NCBI GenBank assembly: GCA_964035545.1
Contig: OZ037770.1
Coordinates: 5,404,729 to 5,468,728 of the forward strand
Length of the DNA stretch: 64,000 nucleotides
Direction: 5' to 3'
DNA from: Bugula neritina
Taxonomy: Eukaryota; Animalia; Bryozoa
Shown here: in pieces, positions 52,607 through 64,000 of the stretch
How positions within the stretch are numbered: the first letter of the stretch is position 1
How the letters are laid out: every line of letters starts with the position of its first letter
The notes under the pieces: generated by a model
Seen by the model: only the letters and a program-made list of their open reading frames with translations
The model's database searches: none
What the model was told of the DNA's origin: nothing
Translations under genes and position numbers: made by a program

Positions 52607-55600
52607 ATGGGTCTTCTGAGTATTACTCTTCTGTGTGCTTACTTTCTGGTGTCTCTGCAAGCTGCAATTTCTGGTGAGTTACTCGAATTTTAGAGATATA
52701 TTAGTTTTAAAATTTCCTTAGACAAAATATGTGCTTTTTGGCACACCTAAGGAATTTTTGTTTCTAATTTTTAGCTCCTCAAATACAAACCCATAGTTTT
52801 GATGAGAATTCTGGAGAACTTCTACAATCTGCAAACATATCATGTTCACAAGATTCAGTGATAGAAATTCTATCACTAGAATATTACTCAAACTCTGCGT
52901 ATTGTGTTCAGCTGGTCTGTCCAGAATATCGTAACTCTAGATATCTAGATGGGCAACACAGTGTTTGTCAGAATGAAGACAGAATCAGAGCCAACTGCTA
53001 TGCTAAACAGAACTGCTTCATAGGACCTCGTGCAATAAATATTACAGTACCTAAAGAACAGTGTGAAACTGGATATCCTAAAGCTAATCAGCTGAGAGTG
53101 AAGTTTTCCTGCATCAAATCTGGTATTGATTTGGTTTTTCTAATTTTTTAGCTTAGCTTGATATTTAATATGCTAGATTATACATATATTTAATTCCAAA
53201 ACTTTTTGATATGCTATAGTACATGTTATTAATATATTCTATTACAGTAATTTATGTTGGAAAACTTCATAGTTCAGCAAACTGTAACTGTTCATGATGG
53301 TGCTTTTATCTTTTCTCATTCCAGTGCTTTGGATATTCATAAGCTTTATTTATACTTGTGTTTGATAAACATATAGATAATTGAATTCATCATAAATAGA
53401 CTATATATAACTATTGCGTATTACACAGTTTTGTTTATTTTGTTTAGACTACACCTTGGATATATGTGAAGACAGATATGAGACTATACCTTCCAGTCAG
53501 TCTGTATTTCTAACCACTCCTTCACCTGACACAGCAGCAGGAAAGGCATCTTGTTCATGTGACTTCAAACCAGCCAATCAGCAGTTGTTTACACAAAACA
53601 TAACTCTTATTAGACAGAGAATGGCTCATTTCTTTGCAGATGAGGCTTTCTTTTATAATCCAGCTGATCAAACTGGCTGGGTTGACACATATCCAAACTC
53701 TCCTCATTATTTATCAATGAACAGAACTCTTAAATTTGGTGTGAATCTTAATATGTTCAGAGTTGTGTTTGTAGACAATAATCAGCTGAGTAGTCAGTCT
53801 AGGGTCTATGTGAAGCTAACATCAAGTGAGCTTATTTATTAGTATTCATTTATCTGCTGGCTGAATTTTCCTAACTATTGCATCGCATAATATTATGGCT
53901 TATTCTGTTGTATAATGTATTTGAGTAATTTGAATATTTGCAGATGACCCAATGGAAATGTTGTGTAATGATGCTATTACCAATCCAGAAATGTATACCA
54001 AAGTATATACTAGTTCATCAACCAGAAGTAAGTATTTCTGTGTATAGACCCTTTTTTTTTCCGTGTGTCTCTCTGCATGGTTTTTGTGTCTTATGTGTTA
54101 TTTGAGTAAACCTATTTGTAGCTTTCTGTAACCTCAGCTATTATTATCAACTGTAGGGGTCTCAAATACGTCACCTGTTGGTTCAACCAATACTCTGCCA
54201 TCAGTTCAAACTACATTCTGGAGAAATGAGAAATATAATGCTCCTGAAGGTTAGTCCATATTTTTTTCTAATATTCTATCTTAAGTTTGTTTTAAGTGAT
54301 TTATTCCAGATGCTTCTACTTTATTCCATGATTGCAATCATTTTTACTACAGGTAGCGGAGAGTGATTAGATACAATAAAGTGTCAACATCTATAGTTGG
54401 TGATTTTATAGGAGTTCTCTCAATCAGATAAATATTCAATTTTACAGTATTCTGTTATTTTCATATTTTTGTTTGCAATGATTTTAGATGTATCAGAAGT
54501 AGTTACATATTCAACTAGCAATGGACTTATAGGTACTCATGAATGCCTAACTCAAATTAATATGATGATTATCGGACTGGCTGGAACACTGTGTGTTCTC
54601 AGCATTGTGCAGGTAGTGATGCTCACCTGCATCCTTTGTTGCAAAAGGTAAAATATTTTTGTTTTCACACTCATGTTAAATTGCTTTATTTATCTTATTT
54701 GTGGAGGTTGATTACAGTACTAATATCACACTCAGAGCTTCCTGTAGCAAAATATTTCACTTAACATCCCACTGAGTATTCTTCGACTAGAGTAGTTCCT
54801 GTTGCTAATACCTACAGTGTACGACCTTTCTATTTGTTGAGTATTGTTTTGAGTTTTGACCTAAATACTTAGAGTGTTTTGTTGAGAATGTTTTCTATTT
54901 ATTATTTGGTAAAAAAACTTTACCCTTTGTGCAGAAAATACCTTTGATGCTTTTCAAAGTTTATAAATTTTTGGCTAAGAGCTGCTTATCTTAGCTGCTC
55001 AATTAGTTTTGCCTTGTCTACCTGATAACATTATCGTCCTCAAGTCCATGCAAAAGCACGAATACCTATTTTTGTGAGGTTTAGTTTCTTTTGACCAGAA
55101 AGAATTCTGGATCTGCCCGTCAATTTATTACTCAGTTAATTTTCACTGGGACATTTATTCATCAAGACAAAATTTTTATAACCTCATCTTTACCAAAAAC
55201 CTTTTAGATGCCACCTGAGCTTTCATATAAGAGCTCCTTTAATAAATACAATTTAATAAACGATGGCTTCGAATGTTCATTGAGATCAGAACCTTAATTA
55301 GTTTGAGTTTATTAGATGTGATTAGCAGCAGGCATTGTCCCAAACTATGTAACCAACAATTGAAACCATTTGGCATTAAACTGGACTGAATTGCTTACCA
55401 AATATAATACCTAATCGTTACAATTTATATAAAAAATTTTAAAGATTTAAATTGTTCAACTTTTAATTATGCACGCAATATCAATTTATATATCTAAAAC
55501 TCAGAAGCTTTTAAATTATTCGAAGTTTATGAAGTATTTGCTTTTAAACTTGAACTTTTTAGGTTTGTAAATGTACTCTTATGGGAGAAAAATTTACTAT

Positions 55601-56797
55601 ACACTCAGTCGTTTCTCATAAATGATTTTTCACCTTTCTCCGCCATTTTCTGATCGAGTGGCGAGCTTTGCATACAACATATCAAACTACAAAAGTTAGT
55701 GGTGTGGCAGTTAGGCTAAAGGAAATTAAAAAAACTGGTGTATATTGTCTCGCTTGATAACCTTTTAAATAAGTTTTAGTCACCCTTATCATATTGGCTG
55801 TCAAAAGATCATAATGATAGTTGCAAGTCATAGAGCCTAGAATGATGAACAGTATAGTGGTAGTAGTATACATTAATTGTGATCATGAATCTCACTAATA
55901 GATTCTACTGCTAAACAGTGAAATGTTAAAAGCGTCTTTTTAATAAAGACCAGTTGATCAAAGGTAATACTGATTTTTTAACTTTATTTGCTTCCCGGTT
56001 GTTGTATTTGCATGTAAATTTAGAAATTATTAAAATTATTTTATTTAATACTCATACGCAAGCTATTTTCTATAAGATGCATCTAAAATTATATTAGAAA
56101 AGTTTATTACGATGATCTAAAGAAACACAGCTGTCTCGGCTAATGATATGCTTCATTGAATACTGGTTAAATACAACTATTAATGTGCAGGCACCTCTGA
56201 TGAAATTAAGTGATGGCTAAATGATTATCATGTCATGAATGCCAAATAGATTTGTTCACTACAAGCCACAACCCATCTATTCTATGCTACATCTCTTATC
56301 TATTTGGCTGCCAGATTGAAAATTTTGATTAGTAAAACTGATTTGAAAACTAAGAATATAATGTCACAATTGATTTGTGGGTGTGAGAAAATAGAGGATC
56401 TCTATTTTAATATATCCCACCCAATGACTAGTTGATTTTTTATTACGGGTAAATATATACAGTTATTTTCTAGTCCTTCAGTTTTGATAATGCTGTTATA
56501 TAACAAACAAAATTTTAACAGATAAAATAAATTTATTGAAAACACTTGAGTCACGATCAATGCTGCTATGACATCTACTTGCTAATTTAAACATTTAGGC
56601 AGGCTGCATTGGCTTGTACAGTAATTGTTTTGTATCTATTGCTGCTCAGCTTAACTGGTGCCGAATCATAAATAATTTTAATTGATTACCAAACATTCAT
56701 GTTGTTAAACAAAATTGCTATGCCTAAGTTCTTCAATTGCCCTAAATTGCCTACTTGTCTCTTTATCCACACCCACACCCACACACACACACACACA

Positions 56798-56841
<44 letters not shown>

Positions 56842-57622
56842 CACACCCACACACGCACGCACGCACGCACGCACGCACACACGCACACACGCACACACGC
56901 ACACACACACATATATATGTCAGTCACAATTTTTCATTGCTTTTCGAAAGAGGAAAAATTGAAAGTCAACATTTACGAAAGGGGGAATGGTATAAAAGAC
57001 GTAGGAACCCACTGGTTTAAAGAATTTAAAAATGTCACTGATTCAAAGCTCCGTAAACTTTTGACAGCTTAAAGTCAACAATATCTATCAATTTATAAGA
57101 TAATTTCTGCAGGAAAAGAGGAGAGAAGAAGAGGCAGTTTGAGAAGATAAAGATGTCTAACAATAAATCTAGAAGACTTCCTAGAGTTGGAGTAGAACAC
57201 TATGAGTTGGCACAACCTAGCAGTTATGATGTCATTACAGATATCAATGTATATTCAGGTGCGTCTGTCTGTGTTTCTGTCCCTGCATTATGTCTGGTAA
57301 TCTAAACTTAAGTATGTTAACCCATAAGTGAGTTCTGTTTTTAGAGGTTCTGTCAATCCCTAACTGTACTAGTCAGTAGCCCTTAAGTAGTATAACCTAG
57401 GTACAAAATGTGGTGGTTTATCCTTCATGATACTCGCAGTTAGTCAATTTACTTTTTAAAAGATGACGTTTGGTTGTAGATCCTCATGAAAGGACCAGAG
57501 AAAACTATGAAGTTGCTCAAGGTACACTTTCCGTATTAGACAGGGGCGTCCTTTCTGCCCCTCGCCCTTACAGAAATATGTCTCAATCAGCTCAGCTAAC
57601 AAGCAGACAACTTTACCAATGA
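52607..57622 (+). CDS. Type I membrane protein, 472 aa: signal peptide, SUEL/Gal-lectin-like domain, CUB-like domain, S/T stalk, TM helix, Tyr-motif tail. Exons: 52607-52673, 52775-53122, 53448-53825, 53944-54027, 54157-54249, 54488-54647, 57113-57258, 57480-57622
   Basis: accATGG start; all GT..AG junctions phase-compatible (1,1,1,1,1,2,1); 1419-nt open frame. Signal [19 protein letters not shown]; Cys pattern ISC..VIEI..Y..C..C..C..NC..NC..C..LRVKFSC; [29 protein letters not shown] followed by KRKR. Confidence 0.85.
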
Positions 57623-59926
57623 TGTTCAACTATACTTACTATGAGCAGGAAACATTGAAATGTTTATTATAATTGAAGCTTCTTTATTAATGCAATTTTT
57701 TTCTTATCAAGTAGCTCAAATTTAATCATATGCTATCAGTTTTACAATATTGTTTTTTTCCCATTCTGCCAGAACCTTGTATATTTGCTAATTGTTCTTT
57801 GAATCTATGTCTTGATCAGTTACAGAGTTTATTTATGTTAATTAATTTTTCTATTTTTATTTAAATAATAAAGACATGGTATATTTATCAAATTAATAAA
57901 ACTATATTCCATAGTATTTTTCAAAGATTTAGCAATGTGAGATAGGCAACTTACAAGTGGTGCTGATAAACAACAATTCATATACAACAACATATGTAAC
58001 ACGATTCTTAGGAAAAGTTTCGAAAAGTAACCCAATACTTGATAGAATTGCACGAGCCGTGTTTATTCATTTAGGGTAATTCCGCAATCCAGTTGTCATT
58101 AGATTTCTTTGGAACTACATGGCTAAAAATCAGATTTCTATGAAGGAAAGTATAACAAATAGTTCATTTCAATCTTAGCTGGTTGCTATTATAGCAGTTT
58201 ATCGCTTGTAAAGATCTACAAAAAAGCTCTTTAGGATCAAATCTGTTTCAGCAGTTTTTTTTCTCAATCAAAAAATTACGAAGCTTCAAGTTGGTTTTAC
58301 AGTTCATCTAGCCCCCAGATACCAGAGAATAACTTGGCAAAGCAGCTCGGCGTGACAACTATTAACATATGTTTGAACATACGTTTGCAGCTAACATTAA
58401 AGAACGTGCATAGCACACACTCTTTAACATACAAGACAACTGCAAAATAAACATGCATGCAAATAATTTTACAAGGCAAGGTACTGCAAAAAAAGTAAAA
58501 ATGATGAAACGCAGGCTATAGAAATTTATTGGTTAAGTAATAACAATTACTATTGTAAACTGAATTCTTCTTTTTATAATTCAATAGCTCTAAGGGTAAG
58601 ATAACAAGCAACATTTGATGAAACTTTGACAGGGCAAAACATCAGCTTTCCTTTGATTTTATATTTTAGCAAATGTAAAAAAGACATAATGTTAGATTAC
58701 TTTTTACATATGTAGAAGAGCATGTACAGTAAATAAACTGTAACTGTAGAACTAACTGAAACGAACGATTCATGAAAGCAAGCAAAAGAATTTATATTTG
58801 CTATAAAAGTCAATTAATGGTTCAAATTATATAGCACAAATACTTTTGTTCCAACTAGTTATATACAATACGGTTGCTACAATAGCAGCAATTCATTATT
58901 AGCTGTTTGTTATCTTCAGAACAGTAAGATTTGCATAATTTTTACTTATCTCAACTTTAAAACATAATCAATAAACTTTGCTCTTCCTTTGCTCTTCCTC
59001 CGCCAATGGATGAGGAATAAACTATTTATTTCAAAAGCTCTATTTATATTATATCAACTATAGCTGGATTTTTTTTGCAAGCAACAGCAGCTGGAGCAAG
59101 TTTGGAGTTACTCTTTCATAAAACAGACCTTCTTATAGTTGAGTTGAAAAAAGAAATGCATTAATAAAGAAGCTTCAATTATAATAAACATTTCAATGTT
59201 TCCTGCTCATAGTAAGTACAGTTGAACATTATTGGTAAAGTTGTCTGTTTGTTAGCTGAGCTGATTGAGATATATTTCTGTAAGGGCGAGGGGCAGAAAG
59301 GACGCCCCTGTCTAATACGGAAAGTGTACCTTGAGCAACTTCATAGTTTTCTCTGGTCCTTTCATGAGGATCTACAACCAAACGTAACTTTTTGAAAAGT
59401 AAAATGACTAGCTGCGAGTATCAGGAAAGATAAACCTCTACATTTTGTACCTAGTTTACACTACTTAAGAGCTACTGACTAGTACAGTTAGGAATTGACA
59501 GAACCTCTAAACTCACTCATGGGTTAACATACTTAAGTGTAGATTACCAGACATAATGCAGAGACAGAAACACAAACAGATGCACCTGAATATACATTGA
59601 TATCTGTAATGACATCATAACTGGTTATAGGTTGTGCTAACTCATAGTGTTCTACTCCAACTCTTGGAAGTCTTCTAGATTTATTGTTAGACATCTTTAT
59701 TTTCTCAAACTGCCTCTTCTTCTCTCCTCTTTTTCTGCAGAAATTATCCTATAATCTGATAGATATTGTTATCTTTAAGCTGTCAAAAGTTTACGAAGCT
59801 TTGAATCAGTGGCATTTTTAAATTCTTTAAACCAGTGGGTCCCTACGTTTTTCATACCATTCCCCACTTTCGTAAATGTTGACTTTCAATTTTTCCTCTT
59901 TCGAAAAGCAATGAAAAATTGTGACT

Positions 59927-59996
<70 letters not shown>

Positions 59997-60735
59997 TGCA
60001 AGCGTGCGTGCGTGCGTGCGTGCGTGCGTGTGTGGGTGTGTGTGTGTGTGGGTGTGGGTGTGGATAAAGAGACAAGTAGGCAATTTAAGGCAATTGAAAA
60101 ACTTAGGTATAGCAATTTTGTTTAACAACATGGATGTTTGGTAATCAATTAAAATTATTTATGATTTCGGCACCAGTTAAGCTGAGCAGCAACAGATATA
60201 AAGCAATATTACTGTACGTGCCAATGCAGCCTGCTTAAATGTTTGAGTTAGTAAGTGGATGTCATAGCAGCATTGATCGTGACTCAAGTGTTTTCAATTA
60301 ATTTATTTTATCTGTTAAAATTGTGTTTGTTATATAACAGCATTATCAAGACTGAAGGACTAGGAAAACCATTTATAAAATAACTGTATATATTTACCCA
60401 TATTAAAAAATCAACGAGTCATTGGGTGGGATATATTAAAATAGAGATCCTCTATTTTCTCACGCCCACAAATCAATTGTGACATTTTATTCTTAGTTTT
60501 CAAATCAGTTTTACTAATCAAAATTTTCAATCTGGCAGCCAAATAGATAAGAGATGTAGCATAGAATAGATGGGTTGTGGCTTGTAGTGAACAAATCTAT
60601 GTGGCATTCATGGCATGATAATCATTTAGCCATCAATTGATTTCATCAGAGCTCACTGCACATATATATTTGTACTTAACAATTAGTATTCAATGAAGCA
60701 TATCATTTGCCTAGACAGCTGTGTTTCTTTAGATC
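56113..60735. repeat. Inverted duplication: about 56113-57700 vs about 59150-60735
   Basis: Reverse-complement match includes exons 7-8 and the (CA)/(CGCA) microsatellite (56768-56910 vs 59958-60062). Confidence 0.93.
59229..59734 (-). CDS. Last two exons (59586-59734, 59229-59371) of a paralog of the lectin-like receptor; upstream exons not in window
   Basis: Intact splice sites and open frame [14 protein letters not shown]...[33 protein letters not shown]...PYRNISQ...LYQ*. Confidence 0.6.
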
Positions 60736-61670
60736 AGGGGTGTCCAACCTTTTCAGACCGAGGGCCAGTCTGCAAGTTTCAGCTTGGGCCAAGGGCCACA
60801 AATTTTACTCTGTTTTAAAAATCAATTTTCAAGATTCATTAAACATCTGCAGGCTATATGTATTATTATAATTATAAGCGATGGCTAGGCTTTGCATGTT
60901 TATTAAAATCGTAACGTATTTAAATAGATATATATTACTTGTGTGTGTGGGTGTGTGTATGTAGTTAATTAAAATAGGTAAGAAGAAACATTTCATTTTT
61001 ATTACTTTAATAATCAATAATTATAAAGCATTTATGTTTGTGTATAAAAAATTATACATATATACATACAAAGTATATATTCATGATTGCACTTGCAAAT
61101 TTAAACAAGATGCGCCAGTGCTAAGAGTCTGTACTCATACTGGTATAGTTGTATTTTACAACCATCAGTGAGACACTTGTGAGTACACAGTGAGTACTGT
61201 TTGCCTTGAACAATTCTGTTAATATCTAGTTTTGTATCAGAACATGCAACTCTTAGTTGCTGGACTAAGTGCTGATTAGTGAGTGAAGTGTAGTATCTAT
61301 TTTTGTGTATTTCATTTGACTGAAAATTGAAAGTTCAATGTTCAAACCTTCAAGCAGTCTTAATGCAGCATCTAACAAGCAGTCAAAGGTCAAGGCGATT
61401 ACAAATCCCAAATCATTTCAGTACATACTCGGACAAAATTCATTATAAAACAAAATTGTTTAGGCATCTAACCTTAAAACAGTATGTAATTCATGAAAAC
61501 GAACATATACACAATAATATTTTAGTACTGCATAAGTGCATGAAGTGTGTCAGGGATTCTTCAATTACTCATCTTTCACAATACAATCAATAAAAATTAG
61601 ATCTTAGTTATACTTTCAAAAAGTGTTGTTTCTATATATGGCCAGTCCTGATAAAATGTCTTTAAAATAT
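60735..61670 (+). mobile_element. hAT (Charlie/Buster-like) element end, truncated
   Basis: CAGGGGTGTCCAACCTTTT terminus starts where the inverted duplication stops; preceded by CTTTAGAT (central TA). The right boundary is uncertain. Confidence 0.55.
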
Positions 61671-61677
61671 CTGTCTG

Positions 61678-62536
61678 CACAGGATAGTTACAGGCAACTT
61701 TTTAGCTGCAACTGCCTTGCTGAGGTTTGCATTGTAACTGTGTAAAAATTCAGTACCAGTAAAAACAATCTCATATGATTGAAGGCTACTAGAATTAAAA
61801 TTTAAAAACTATGTTGTGAATTTTATTTTTCCCAGTGCAACTTTTTTAGAATTTTTTCATTCTTTTGCAAAGTTATAAAAAATACTACTCACGGAGCACA
61901 GTTTGACTGGGACCAGAGTCAACTCAAGCAGGCGGTTGACGAGTCCCAGAGGTTGTACAAAACCTCTTCGCCAACCCTGTTTTGGCTGATAATGTCCGGG
62001 AGCTGAAGAAGCTTCAGGAAGAGCTGCCTGGAGTAGTGGCAGACATATATCTCAGCAGCAAAGCATGATATCTGAATAAAAATTCTACTGCTGGAATCCT
62101 GAGATATTTCTCCAGTGCAAGTTTTTTTCTTTTTCCAATAACTCTTCTAGATTGCCCATAAATTGGTGATTTATACACTGAAAATGCCATATTTTTTCAT
62201 GGGTAATTAGCAGCGCGCAGCACTTCACGCTTCAATGAGCACGTAGGGATGAGAAGATATTGGCGCGTACATGCTAATTACAGGCTTGCTAGCTGGCAGG
62301 CTATAATGAATAGCTTGCTTTGTACATTGTTTATGTAGCACCCATAATGGAATGTTGATAGATAGCATAGCCCTAATGAAGGTTGCTGCTTATTGGTTGT
62401 AGTTTGATATTAGGCTAAACAATTGCAAGTAGGCAACACGCATGCCACCCGCAGAGCAATATTATTCAAGAACCTAAACTACATTTTGAGAGAAATTTAT
62501 GATATTCTTAGTGAGGATGCCCTTAACTATCCTGTG
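61678..62536 (-). mobile_element. Second copy of the CAC-terminal DNA element, carrying an internal Gypsy pol fragment
   Basis: Reverse complement of 20593-21348; 61891-62047 instead matches pol at about 21370-21530. Confidence 0.8.
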
Positions 62537-64000
62537 TGGATGATGTGCTCCGGAGTCTACTCCTCAGACGCAGTCAGGAAGAATGGGATACGGTACTGCC
62601 ACAAGTCATGCCCGCATACCGTAGCACCCCACACACCAGTACTGGTGAGACCCCAAACCTTTTGATGCTCAAGAGAGAGACTCGGGTCCCTGACCATCTC
62701 ACCTACCACATTCCAGAGCAAGACAGCTCGATTCACGAGTATGCCAGCGAACTAATGCAACGGATGAAGGTCGCACACAAAAGGCTGCGGGAGAAGCAGT
62801 GGCAGGTGCGACACGAGGATTCCAAGGAACCACCCCTCTATCAGACAGGAGATTAGGTGTAGCTGGTCAACTATTGTGGGCATCGCGGGCAGGCAGATAA
62901 GTTACAGCCTAAGTTCGTGGGACCCTACGTGATAGTCGAGGCTATGCCCAACCATACCTTTAAGATCGCGCACTCAGGACAAGTGTCCATCCAAAATGAG
63001 GTTTGCTTGAAGCCATATTGGGCTAGCCCAAACACAGTGGGAGAAGCCCACCCCTGTTGTTGGAGCCCAGGAGGCAGACAACAACGTGTGGGCAACGGCG
63101 GCATGGACCCGAGTATGAAGTGGTCATTCTGCTGGAAGACGACTTGGTACGAGACGAGCGACTGCTTCTACCCACAGAAGTGCGCCCGCCGCCTCCTATA
63201 CCAAGTCTGATACCATCACTTATAGAAACCAAGCCGGTTCCGAAAGTGCAAACTCGCATGGATGGAGGGGCTCTATCTAGAAAATTAGAAGAAATGGTCA
63301 CTACTGGGGAATTGGAAGCGCTGTCAGTGGCACTTACTAGTCCACCGATGAGTGCGCCGCCTCCCCTAGAGCGAGGACAGCGTAAAAGACAACCCCCAGC
63401 CTATCTAAAGGACTTCGTATGTGACTGCGTTCAGAGCGGCACATATGAAAGTTTAGAGGGGAACCGTACGGGAAAAATATCGAGCAACTGTGGGAGTTGT
63501 CAGCACGTCGGAAATATCAACTTTTACATCGGCGGAAATAAAATTCATCCGCCAGATGTGCAAAGTCCTAGTCACGCACCCCAACCATGTTGCTCGATCT
63601 TTTTTTACGCTGATGCAGTCAAAAGCAGACGTGCCTCTAGTCACTAGTACAAACCATACGCAAACATTCAGTATGTCATACAATACCAGATCGTGGGGTG
63701 AATTAACTATGTTCTTGGTATGGAAACTAGATTGCATCACTCAGCTCCGACTCATCTGAGTCAATTGAGCTGGAGATAGGTTTGCGAACTACAGTGTTAG
63801 GAATACAAATTGATTCAGAGATTTCATAATCTCGTTTCAGTATGTGTCCTTTTCCAACTACTCACTAACAATAATCTCTGTGAGTGTTTAACCAAACGAG
63901 CAGTTGTCAGGCTGTCTAAGGCCGACATAACTACAGTGTATTTTACTAACGCTGTTGAAACTCTTTCAGGTTACACTCGACCCGCCATGACCAGTGTACA
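62537..64000 (+). mobile_element. Gypsy element 3' part (integrase C-terminus, start of spliced ORF3), runs off window
   Basis: YRSTPHTSTGETPN, GPY, RQPPAYLKDFVCD; ORF3 exon 1 at 63673-63697, intron 63698-63969. Confidence 0.88.

Overview
AT-rich eukaryotic DNA, probably from an invertebrate animal, with spliceosomal introns and many transposons. All gene models were spliced by hand. (1) A minus-strand Roco-family gene (N-terminal region, LRRs, Roc GTPase; MFHAS1-like layout) runs from an ATG at 8616 off the left edge. Its LRR region is five tandem 138-nt symmetric exon cassettes that are nearly identical except at the codons for exposed LRR beta-strand residues. (2) Five related Gypsy/Ty3 LTR retrotransposon copies or fragments lie at 12100-17292, 17537-24824, 25783-27380 (minus), about 46598-51267 and 62537-end. 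The four plus-strand copies share an unusual intron-containing third gene after pol that encodes a zinc-finger/coiled-coil protein instead of env. (3) A tandem segmental duplication (about 27390-36380 and 37045-45064) has each copy ending in a 23-bp satellite, with Kolobok-like, hAT-like and palindromic MITE insertions. (4) A plus-strand 8-exon gene (52607-57622) encodes a 472-aa type I membrane protein with SUEL-lectin-like and CUB-like domains and a tyrosine-motif tail. An inverted paralogous copy of its two cytoplasmic exons follows. Family assignments come from motif recognition only, with no database searches.
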